Source of the DNA: an uncultured archaeon
GTDB taxonomy: Archaea > Thermoproteota > Bathyarchaeia > Bathyarchaeales > Bathycorpusculaceae
Direction: 5' to 3'
Assembly (NCBI GenBank): GCA_963810275.1
Contig: CAWENF010000022.1
Location: 1 to 64,000, forward strand
Length of the DNA: 64,000 nt
How positions within the stretch are numbered: position 1 is the stretch's first letter; each line of letters starts with the position of its first letter. The notes under the pieces are model-generated. The model searched no databases and was not told the DNA's origin. It worked only from the letters and a program-made list of their open reading frames with translations. Positions 40,052-48,491 of this stretch are shown here, one piece after another. A program made the position numbers and the translations under genes.

Positions 40052-40943
40052 GTTCAGATACGCTCCCTAAATGTTTTTTTCTCAAGTATGATTCTACTCC
40101 TTTGGTTACTGACTGGAAAATTTCTGGGTCGTCTGCGACTGCGGTTCCGATTTGCACAGCTGATGCGCCTGCCAATAAGAATTCTACTGCATCGCGCCAG
40201 TTTGTGACGCCGCCGCAGCCGATTATGGGGACCTTGCAGGTTTCGGCTATGTCATAGACGCATCTTAAGGCTACGGGTTTGATAGCTGAGCCTGATAAAC
40301 CTCCTCTGGTGTTGTTGAGGATGGGCTGCATGGTTTCGGGGTCGATCGCAATCGCCTTTAAAGTGTTAATCGCCGTTAAAGCATCTGCACCTGCGTCAAC
40401 AGCCGCCTTCGCCAACATTGTGATGTCGGAGATGTTTGGAGAAAGTTTCACAATAAGCGGCTTTTTGAGGGCAGCTCGGGTTTTGGAAACCACTTCGGAA
40501 AGTATTTTGGGGTTTTGCCCAATCTCGGCTCCCGTCTGCTTCACATGCGGACATGAAACGTTAAGTTCCACTGCGTCAGCGCCCGCCGCCTCTGCCTTTT
40601 TGGCTGCCACAGCATAGTCCTCTGCGGAGTAGCCGAACACGCTTACGATTATAGGGATATGGACTGTGAGTTTGGATTCAACTATTTCGGATGAGAAAAC
40701 GTCTATGCCTGGGTTTGGCAATCCCATTGCGTTGATTAAGCCTGAAGCTGACTGCACTACGGTCGGGTTTACGTAGCCTACGCGGGGTTGGGTGCCAACG
40801 GATTTGGTGACTATGGCTCCCGCCCCTGCTTTGGCGACCCGATCAAAGGATTGGGCGGTGTAGCCCAATACGCCTGAGGCGAGCATTGTGGGGTTTGGCA
40901 GTTGCAGTGCGCCGATGTCGACTTTTAAGAGGTAAGTGTTCAT
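40026..40943 (-). CDS. pyrD: Dihydroorotate dehydrogenase (family 1B)
   Basis: NAMGLPNPG, ELNVSCPH, VKLSPN and GGLSG..IKP motifs. Confidence 0.95.
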   Translation of the reverse strand: MNTYLLKVDIGALQLPNPTMLASGVLGYTAQSFDRVAKAGAGAIVTKSVGTQPRVGYVNPTVVQSASGLINAMGLPNPGIDVFSSEIVESKLTVHIPIIVSVFGYSAEDYAVAAKKAEAAGADAVELNVSCPHVKQTGAEIGQNPKILSEVVSKTRAALKKPLIVKLSPNISDITMLAKAAVDAGADALTAINTLKAIAIDPETMQPILNNTRGGLSGSAIKPVALRCVYDIAETCKVPIIGCGGVTNWRDAVEFLLAGASAVQIGTAVADDPEIFQSVTKGVESYLRKKHLGSVSELVGLAHRK

Positions 40944-41067
40944 GACGTTTCGCTCTTCTGATTCTAGGTTAATGCAGAAGGGAAGATAAAGTTTCTTTAA
41001 CTAAAACTGGCGTGGACGTTTTTATGTCTAAAAGAAACAATTTTTTGTGGATAAGAAAAAAGAAGAT

Positions 41068-41092
41068 TAAGAGGAATATTTCAAACCTCTTA
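41068..41092 (-). terminator. Hairpin followed by a U-rich tract downstream of the micro-ORF
   Basis: 7-bp stem TAAGAGG/CCTCTTA followed on the minus strand by TCTTCTTTTTTCTT. Confidence 0.55.
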
Positions 41093-41098
41093 TGGGGG

Positions 41099-41149
41099 TT
41101 ATTTCTTCTTTTTAGTTGTTTTAGCTGCTTTTTTTGCAGTTTTCGGCAA
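41099..41149 (-). CDS. 16-aa Lys/Ala/Thr-rich micro-protein MPKTAKKAAKTTKKKK (not in ORF track)
   Basis: TTG start with a GAGGT SD 8 nt upstream, TATA box TTTAAATA (41186-41193) and a downstream hairpin plus U tract. Confidence 0.65.
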   Translation of the reverse strand: MPKTAKKAAKTTKKKK

Positions 41150-41484
41150 TATATTAACCTCTAAATTAATTTAGTCCACAAATATTATTTAAAATTTGCT
41201 TATATTAAAAAAGACTGCCCCAACTCACGAAAACGCCATAAAAAAAACGATTTAGCCTAAACAAGGGAGAAATAAGCCTTGTAATTTACCAGAATTCTCT
41301 GTGGAGATAACCGCTGGCAATTTTGACACATAAATGTCAAAAATACCAGTAGTCAAAAAGATGAACCATATAAACCCAATAAAAAAAATAGCAACGCTAA
41401 GAGACGAAAATCCAATACACATAAGGCAGCTATACTACTATTGCTATTATTGAAAAACAAAAAACAGTTTTAGAAAAGATTTGA

Positions 41485-41587
41485 GCCGGGTTGGCTTATG
41501 TTTGTGGGGCTTGGAGGTAGTTTGAGGGGGAGAAGGGGAGAGCGTGCAAAATTATAAGGCGCTCCAAACCTTTCCACCCAACCCGGC
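41485..41587 (-). ncRNA. Long irregular hairpin in the 3' region of the cdv operon
   Basis: Nested minus-strand helices GCCGGGUUGG/CCAACCCGGC (10 bp), GUGG/CCAC and GGUUUGGAG/CUCCAAGCC (9 bp, one G-U). Confidence 0.6.
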
Positions 41588-41616
41588 CATTTTTCTTGTT
41601 GCCCTCTCTCGTTTAT

Positions 41617-42806
41617 CTACAGCGCTTTGAACGCATCGAACCATCGGTTATAGCTCGTCAGCATTTCCAAAGACACACTTGGCTTGCGTTCCTCAAGGAT
41701 CTGGCGGAAGTCAGCCATGTTTAGAGATCTCGGCTTTGCCTCCTTATTCAACGCTTGCCCAGACTCGAAGAATTCACCGATGAGTTTAAGCTGTGCAGAC
41801 TGACAAACGTCTCTAATGTCGCTGCCACTAAATCCCTCTGAGAGTCTTGCTAATTCGTGTAAATCTACATCTGTAGCGACTTCTAAGGTGGCTGTGTAAT
41901 GTTTTAGCATATTTAGACGCGTTGCATGGTCAGCTAACGGAACCAAGACTCGTTTTTGGAATCTACGTATGAAAGCCCAGTCCAAATCCCAAGGCTTGTT
42001 AGTAGCACCAATCACATAGACATGAAGCGCCTTACCTTTATCCACTATACCATCCATTTCTTTTAGGAACTGGTTTTTAACTCTTATTTCGCCACCCACT
42101 TCGTTGCTGTGGTTGCCCATCAACGAGTCCAACTCGTCCACGAAAACAATTGCGGGTTTGCCGTCGTTAGCGGATTTACGTGCAGAGCCAAAGAGTTTAG
42201 CTACGTTTTGTTCTGCTTCGCCCAACCACTTGGACATAATTGATGCTGCATCAATCGAATAGAAGTTGGCGTCTATCTCTGTTGCAACCGCCGCCGCCAG
42301 CAAAGTTTTGCCGCAGCCAGGGGGACCAAATAGCAAAATGCCGCGTGGCCAACCTAGAGGGAAAAGGTCAGGGCGTTGCACTGGGTAAACGATGGCTTCT
42401 TTAACGGCCTTTTTAGCAATTTCTAAGCCGACTACTTCACCCCAGCTAACTTTAGGTTTCTCGTTAATCACGAGTTCCTCATTTGGTTTTCCATTTCCGT
42501 TTGAAGTGTTTGGTCCGTCCATAGTTGCCGCACCTCCACCATCACTGTCTTCTGCCGCTGCTTGGTTCATCTCGTTTGATGAAACTGAACCTTGCAATGA
42601 CTTTATACGTTCCTGGTAAGCTATTGCTCTTTGAACATAAACCTTGTTTAACCCATATTCGGGGTAAAGCTGAACAAGCTGTAGCAGGCTCTCAATTGCC
42701 TTCTGGTAGAGTGTGATGGCTCTGCCTTTTTGGCCTTGTTTATCCAGTCTAACGGCATCCAGCGCGTATGCAGTTGCTCTTTTTCTAGCTCGTTTGACGC
42801 ACTCAT
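41617..42806 (-). CDS. cdvC: Vps4/CdvC AAA+ ATPase with MIT domain (1-nt indel in the A-run at 42780-42784)
   Basis: MSASNELEK joins RATAYALDAVRLD..AIESL (MIT); GPPGCGKT, SKWLGE, FVDELD, GATNKPWDLD and RRFQKR motifs. Confidence 0.92.
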
Positions 42807-42835
42807 CGGGTGTTTGTCTCTCCTTCTCTTCTCGC

Positions 42836-43750
42836 TCATTGAGGCGAACGTAATTCAATCTTAATTTTACCTTGCGTCCCTAAGCTTTCTAGGGCGCGTT
42901 CGATTGCTTCGTTTGAAGTGTTCAGTTCATCACTACATCGACCTAAATCAATCTCTCCATTAGTTTTACGCACATACTCCAACAGTATTTCTTCAAGGTT
43001 GGGAGTTGGCTTCTCAACTTTTACGGAGAACTCTTTAATTTCCGACTTCTTATATGAGAACATACACTTCTCAGGGTCAAAGCCTGTTTCCTCTTTGGAT
43101 TTCTCCCCGAAAACCTGAGAGGAACTCGCCGTCAAAGCAACCATCTCTCGGATGGGGGCGGCGGGGACTTTCTCCTTAACTGGAGCCGCTGGTGCGGAAA
43201 CGGGCGGTTCAGGTAGGTCTTCAGCTATTTTTTGTTCCATGAAACAGGAGACTTCTTTGAGAATTTCTTCTCCACCCTCTGTCTTGCGTCCGACGCCCAC
43301 GATGTTTTCATCGGCGGTGAATCGGGTTTGTTGGAGGGTGTCTTGGATTGTACTGTTAACGTTGCTTAACTCGCTGCTAACGTCAGGTAAGACTTGGAAT
43401 AATTCTTGAGAAACGCCTTGGAGCATCTTTAAAGCTGGTTTTAGGTCGGCAACTATGTCGCCGAGTTCACGGATTGTTTCAAGGCGCAGTATAACACGTT
43501 CAATAGCTAACTGGACGTTGTGTAGGAATTTGACCAGTTTGCGGACTTCTGCGATTTCGGTGGCGCACATGTTTGCTTTTTCTTTGTTGTTCTTTTTCAG
43601 TGCGCTCAAGCAAGTTTCAAAAAGTATGCGATCCCGCTCTTTTAAGCGGAAGCTTGCTTGTGCTAGTTTGTTATGCTGAGTTTTAAGTGTATAAATAGAT
43701 TTAGTGGCGACTTCACGGATTGGGGGAGGGGTTGAGTTTTTGAAGCCCAT
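42836..43750 (-). CDS. cdvB: ESCRT-III (Snf7-domain) CdvB with C-terminal winged-helix
   Basis: ESCRT-III core EIAEVRKL..QLAIERVILRLETI, Pro-rich DLPEPPV and a wH tail ILLEYVRKTNGEIDL..IERALESL..GKIKI; lies between cdvA and cdvC. Confidence 0.88.
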   Translation of the reverse strand: MGFKNSTPPPIREVATKSIYTLKTQHNKLAQASFRLKERDRILFETCLSALKKNNKEKANMCATEIAEVRKLVKFLHNVQLAIERVILRLETIRELGDIVADLKPALKMLQGVSQELFQVLPDVSSELSNVNSTIQDTLQQTRFTADENIVGVGRKTEGGEEILKEVSCFMEQKIAEDLPEPPVSAPAAPVKEKVPAAPIREMVALTASSSQVFGEKSKEETGFDPEKCMFSYKKSEIKEFSVKVEKPTPNLEEILLEYVRKTNGEIDLGRCSDELNTSNEAIERALESLGTQGKIKIELRSPQ

Positions 43751-43793
43751 TTTGTTTTTCCCTCACCCAGTCTCCTGTCGTTTATTTCCTATC

Positions 43794-44516
43794 CTAAAGG
43801 GACGTTTTGTTTGGTTCTTTGACGTAGACAACAACTGGTGGTTCGGGCAGTTTAGTGGCGGCGTTTGTATTGACTGTTTCAGCGTAAATCTTGTTTGTTT
43901 TAGGCATGCCGCCATTTTGGTCTCCCAGCAGAACACCGGATAATTTGCTCTTGGTAAGTTCGAAGTCAGTCTTCTCTGAGCTTGCACGGCGTAGGGTGTC
44001 TTGCAGAAGTGCAAATGCAGCCTTGTAATTTTCATCGTCCACTTTGCCTATTTCATGTTCGATTTCCAAATTGGCTATGGCATAGCTGAGCGAGGTGACT
44101 TCTTCTTGGCACCGCTCAATTTCAATGGAGGCTTCGTCGATTATGATTTGGGCTTCTTTTTTAAGCTGAGTCAACACATTTTCAAAGCTGTTGTGAAGGT
44201 CCTGGTATACGTCGGGGGTTATTTTCTTTTTGTCAAACAAATCTTTTACGGCTTCGTCTTTACGCCAGATGAGGGGGATGTGGTCGCAGAGGGTGTCGGC
44301 TTGTGACTTGATTTTCGAGATAAAGGTGACGTCTGGTCCATTGAACCGTAGGCTTTCCATAGGCTGCTTGGAGAATTGACCATCACCAAATTCAACATAA
44401 ACAGCTTCGAATTTGCCGTTGGGGGTTAATGCGAAGGATGCAACTTTTCCGATTATTCGGCCATACTCGTTTTTGATGGGTTTGCCAATTGAAAGAAAAA
44501 GATTGGAGTTGGACAT
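43794..44516 (-). CDS. cdvA: CdvA-like protein
   Basis: PRC-barrel-like start IGKPIKNEYGRIIGKV, long helical region with LEIEHEIGKVDDENY, and C-terminal PEPPVVVYV. Confidence 0.85.
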   Translation of the reverse strand: MSNSNLFLSIGKPIKNEYGRIIGKVASFALTPNGKFEAVYVEFGDGQFSKQPMESLRFNGPDVTFISKIKSQADTLCDHIPLIWRKDEAVKDLFDKKKITPDVYQDLHNSFENVLTQLKKEAQIIIDEASIEIERCQEEVTSLSYAIANLEIEHEIGKVDDENYKAAFALLQDTLRRASSEKTDFELTKSKLSGVLLGDQNGGMPKTNKIYAETVNTNAATKLPEPPVVVYVKEPNKTSL

Positions 44517-44536
44517 TTTTTGTTTTCCTCCTTATC

Positions 44537-45202
44537 TTAGAATGTCGTTCTCTCTGCTTGAGAAGCGGGTGCTGGTGGCATTGATTGGGGTAGGTCAGGG
44601 AACTTATCTTTAATCTTTTGTTCTGCGACGGTTGCTGCTTCGACGAGTATCTTTGATGCGTCCTCGTTGACAGTGTCGAAGTTGAGTGTCATGCCGCTAC
44701 CTTGGCCTGCTTCAATCATTATACCGCTCAACATGTTGCCGATTTCACCAAGTTCACTTTCTGCTTCTGGGAAAACGCTTGTCAAGCCTGTTCTTACGCT
44801 GCGTAGCACACCAACGGCTGGGCCAAGGGTTGAAACTACGTCACCTAGTTCTGAAACTGTGCGTAATCTTAAAGTGATTTGTTCAAGGGCTAATTTCGCG
44901 TTCATAATGAGTTTTGACATTTTGCGTACTTCTGCTAACTCGTTTGCGAAAACATTTGCACGTGCGCTGTCGTGTTTAGTGTATGCATCAACAATGCGTG
45001 CGAATATAGCTTTGTCTCTTTGTCCAAATCTGTCGGTTGCTTGATCGAGTTTTTGAATTTGAAGTTCGATGCGTCTGACTGCGAAGTCAAGGCGCGGTTT
45101 TAGTGGACCCGGCGGCTTTACTGCGTCTTTAATGCGGTCCTGGAAGGGCTGCTCATCTCTTTTGGCTTCCCACTTTTTTGCAAATCTTTCTGACATAATC
45201 AT
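44537..45202 (-). CDS. Second ESCRT-III/Snf7 paralog (CdvB1/2-like, no winged-helix)
   Basis: ANELAEVRKM..LALEQITLRLRTVSELGD, DASKILVEA and C-terminal FPDLP. Confidence 0.9.
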   Translation of the reverse strand: MIMSERFAKKWEAKRDEQPFQDRIKDAVKPPGPLKPRLDFAVRRIELQIQKLDQATDRFGQRDKAIFARIVDAYTKHDSARANVFANELAEVRKMSKLIMNAKLALEQITLRLRTVSELGDVVSTLGPAVGVLRSVRTGLTSVFPEAESELGEIGNMLSGIMIEAGQGSGMTLNFDTVNEDASKILVEAATVAEQKIKDKFPDLPQSMPPAPASQAERTTF

Positions 45203-45423
45203 TACCTCTATTTACGGGTAGAATGCCGAAAAGCGAGTTATACATTGTTAATACGACTGAAACATGTACATATATACGTAAGACTATATGTTGTCTCAGA
45301 TTGCGCTAATAGAGACAAATAGATATGTTAAACTCATTATGCTCACAGACATGTTTTTACATAAATGTGTAAGTTACACTAAAAAGAACCGATGGGTAAC
45401 ACAGATACCAACAGGTGAAAACA

Positions 45424-45648
45424 ATGAACAGCAGAATAAAAGTATTCGTCATAATCGCCCTTCTAGGATTCATGGCAGGTGTAATCGCACAACTCACAGC
45501 CACAATCATCATCCCATGGCTAATCACAGTCCTACCAGCTCTTGGTGCCGCAACTAGCTACATTATTTCAGGCTTAGCAGGTGCATGCCTAACAGTCGTG
45601 CTGGTAAGCGTCTGGGCATACATGACCGGCAAAAAAGATCACTACTAA
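45424..45648 (+). CDS. Small two-TM membrane protein divergent from the cdv operon
   Basis: 74 aa, GGTGA SD, two hydrophobic helices with GxxxG-like motifs. Confidence 0.75.
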   Translation: MNSRIKVFVIIALLGFMAGVIAQLTATIIIPWLITVLPALGAATSYIISGLAGACLTVVLVSVWAYMTGKKDHY

Positions 45649-45796
45649 AGAGACAAACTTCTCTGTCTCTTCTCTTTCCCCCACAAAAAGTAGTCGATAG
45701 TATCTTCACCAAAACCATCTCCTTTTGATCAATTTAATTGTGTTTTGTCATAAACCGCTTCTTTCAATTTATTTGTAATAAAAAGTGCATAAAAAT

Positions 45797-46756
45797 TTAG
45801 AGATTTGAATGCTTTCTAATATTAACTGGGGGGAAGCTAGTTATGTTTAGTGTCGCGGACGCAATTTTTACGCTCTTAGATTTCGATAGTTCAGTTAGAA
45901 TCAAGCGCTCTATGCGGTTGTGGATTTCCCTTCTTTTCCTAACGTCGGTAACGTATCTTATACCAAACTGAATCCAGTTATCGGTTAAGCTGAGGAATAT
46001 GGAGGGTTCAAGAGACCGTTTAGTAAAATAATATTTTCCCTCTAGCCTAACCATGGTTTTTTGGGCGTTGTCAACTACTTCTGCGGTTTGGACTTTTATT
46101 ATGTCAAGTATTATTTGGGTAGCTTGGTTCCAGTCGCTGTCATAGGTAATTGGAAGGCTTATCTCATCCCAGATGAAATCAAAATCCCGAGTGTAGTTGT
46201 GTACTGTTCCGACGAGAACTATGCCGTTGGGGATGATTGTTAATCGACCGGTCACTTGGTCGCCTGATACCCACTCTCGGGTCTCCATAAGGGTTGTGTA
46301 TAAAACGCCGATGTCTATAACATCGCCATATTTGTTGTCAACTTCGATTCTGTCGCCTACCCGGTAGGTTCCGCTGATGAAGAGAAGTATCCCTCCCATA
46401 AAGTTCTTGAATATATCTTGTAGCGCAAAAGCTATAGCTGCACCAATAAGTCCAAATGCTATCAGAACATTTTGAGTCTCAGTTATCCAAATTGTCAGTA
46501 AAGACAAAAGACCTATGGCTAGGCTTACAACTGAGAGAACCTTTCTAAAGCTGTAGCGTGTTTTTGAATCCTTAATACGCCTTGTAGCATATCCACCCAG
46601 AACAACCTCGAATAAAACGTACACTATAGTGATAGCTATAGTTGAGTATAGGATTTTTTCAAAGTAAATATCAGGATATTCCAAGTTTACAACAAATAAT
46701 GCGAAGGCAAGAATTACTAGCAAAATGGTAGTTATTACCTTTGACTTGTTAACCAT
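45797..46756 (-). CDS. mscS: Small-conductance mechanosensitive channel
   Basis: AFALQDIFKNFMGG, YRVGDRIE, GDVIDIG and IPN motifs. Confidence 0.92.
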   Translation of the reverse strand: MVNKSKVITTILLVILAFALFVVNLEYPDIYFEKILYSTIAITIVYVLFEVVLGGYATRRIKDSKTRYSFRKVLSVVSLAIGLLSLLTIWITETQNVLIAFGLIGAAIAFALQDIFKNFMGGILLFISGTYRVGDRIEVDNKYGDVIDIGVLYTTLMETREWVSGDQVTGRLTIIPNGIVLVGTVHNYTRDFDFIWDEISLPITYDSDWNQATQIILDIIKVQTAEVVDNAQKTMVRLEGKYYFTKRSLEPSIFLSLTDNWIQFGIRYVTDVRKRREIHNRIERLILTELSKSKSVKIASATLNITSFPPVNIRKHSNL

Positions 46757-46829
46757 CGTCCTATCAAGAGTAAAATCGAGTTAAGTATATTTAACAATAT
46801 TTGTAGCTAAAAGAGTGATGTTAACTTTT

Positions 46830-46915
46830 GGGCTCAATAGCGGAAAAAGCTCTCATCAGCCACGACTTAGTTCCCCGTCGGAGGGCTTCGCCGTACCTCG
46901 ATTATCTCATAGCCC
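46830..46915 (-). ncRNA. Candidate K-turn-closed small RNA (C/D-like)
   Basis: Minus strand has a GGGC/GCCC stem, UAU bulge, tandem GA/AG and GAUA/UAUU stem, plus an internal CUGAUGA and hairpins GGC-GAA-GCC and CGAC/GUCG. Confidence 0.5.
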
Positions 46916-47335
46916 ATTTAGAAACCTCTTATTGTGAATTTCAATGTTTTGGTGCTGCAAAAATAATCTCTATCTTATCACTAAGCAGGTGTTTAAAAAT
47001 GAGGGCATGTGGAATTTACAGTTTCCTTTTTCTTCGTAACATTTTTACCTTATTCATATTTGCAAACACTTTATAGCTTGCTAAAATCAACTTTGACGGC
47101 TTTCGTTGAAGCGTTTTTTATTGTTTTTAATGTGTGTAACAACGCTATCGATTACAGCCGGGTTGTACCGTTTTTGATTGCAGCAAAATTAAGCAAATAA
47201 CGGAAACATTTTTTTCTTTTTCATGTGTCATTATTTTATTATATACTGGCAGACCATATTGAGAAGCGAATCCCTTTTTTACGCAACGTTCATATGAATT
47301 AAGCACCACTTTTGATTTTTTAAAGAGAAACAGCA

Positions 47336-48058
47336 GTGAATGACATGAGTCGCGCTTGGGTGATTTGCAAAAAGATTTTCAGCATTTCCCTAGTATTCAA
47401 TGCACTTTTAACCATCGCGTGCTGCATAGGCATCCTCTCAGGGTACTACTATTACTACGACGGAATGTGGCAGCCGTTTTACCCCTACATCTTAAACGGC
47501 AACCTTTTCTGGTTCGTCATAGCCGCTGCAATAATCAACATCTTTCCTTCAGCATTGTTAGGCAGAAAACTTCACACAGGCAGATTCCTGTTTCACCACT
47601 ACTTCTACGGCTTTCTCGTTTTAGCTGTTGCAGTTGTATTCATCTATATCTTCTCGCCTGTCTCATTTGCGATGCTTTTCTTTGTTAACAACACAAGCGT
47701 GGAAGTTAACATCGGTAGGTTCCTGATTCTGGGTGGTTTGACTTTGGTGCTTGACGATTTGCCTGATGTTTCTAAACGCACTGAAGCGGGGCTGAATTGG
47801 CTTAAAGCTGAAGTGCTGCAACACCAGAAGACAGTAGTTGCGGCGCAGCTAGTGTGTGGTTCTGTTTCATTGTACTTTTTTGTTGGGCTGCTGGTAGGTA
47901 TGGCTCAGGTGCCAGAGTTTATCACTGTGGCAAACGGGCTGCTAATTGGCTCAACTTTCATTACGGGAATAACGTCGTTTGTGTTTGTGAAGAAGAAGAT
48001 GTGGCACCACGCATCTCTTACGTTAACGAATTTGCATCTAAGAAAAACCCATCGCTAG
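47336..48058 (+). CDS. Polytopic membrane protein
   Basis: About six TMs; motif-like FLFHHYFYG and LVLDDLPDV. Confidence 0.75.
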   Translation: MNDMSRAWVICKKIFSISLVFNALLTIACCIGILSGYYYYYDGMWQPFYPYILNGNLFWFVIAAAIINIFPSALLGRKLHTGRFLFHHYFYGFLVLAVAVVFIYIFSPVSFAMLFFVNNTSVEVNIGRFLILGGLTLVLDDLPDVSKRTEAGLNWLKAEVLQHQKTVVAAQLVCGSVSLYFFVGLLVGMAQVPEFITVANGLLIGSTFITGITSFVFVKKKMWHHASLTLTNLHLRKTHR

Positions 48059-48106
48059 AACAAAAATAAATGCAGAGAAGTAGTTTTGGAAAAATAGAAC
48101 GATACT

Positions 48107-48349
48107 TTATGCGTCTAATCCCTGCTGGAAGCCAGTCAAGAGAATGGTGCAGCCGCATTTGCCGCATTCGATGACGAGTTCAGACAATTCGTCGTCTACA
48201 AGTTTGGTGTCCATGATTTGGTAGTTGTCTTCTGTTTCGTCTTCGGGCGAAATGGAGGTGCCGCATTTTGGACACTGGAAGGAACCATCTCCTGATACAG
48301 TAGCCAAGTTGATTGTGTGCTTGCATTCTTTGTCAATCTTCATCATCAT
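48107..48349 (-). CDS. Small zinc-finger protein (CPxCG type)
   Basis: CPKCG...CGKCG motifs. Confidence 0.85.
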   Translation of the reverse strand: MMMKIDKECKHTINLATVSGDGSFQCPKCGTSISPEDETEDNYQIMDTKLVDDELSELVIECGKCGCTILLTGFQQGLDA

Positions 48350-48491
48350 TCTTCCTTCACTTCTTTTTTTATGTCTGACTTTATGGATTTTCTTAATTAA
48401 TGATTATGAATTACTAGTCACTAAACCGCGACTGTTTAAAAATTTGACCCATAAAAAGGGAAAAAGGTATTTTGAATGTGCCATTTCTGGT

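Noticed and set aside
41485-41587. SECIS element or H/ACA guide
   Set aside because: No in-frame UGA suggestive of Sec in the upstream genes, and no bipartite pocket, K-turn or ACA box.
42775-42858. Programmed -1 frameshift or CdvB-Vps4 overlap at the cdvC start
   Set aside because: Adding one A to the A5 run restores MSASNELEKRATAY, the site is not a proper slippery heptamer, and similar indels are common across the window.
46830-46870. Hammerhead ribozyme or fluoride riboswitch suggested by CUGAUGA
   Set aside because: The GAAA core strand of the hammerhead and the GGCGAUGG 5' motif of the fluoride aptamer are absent.
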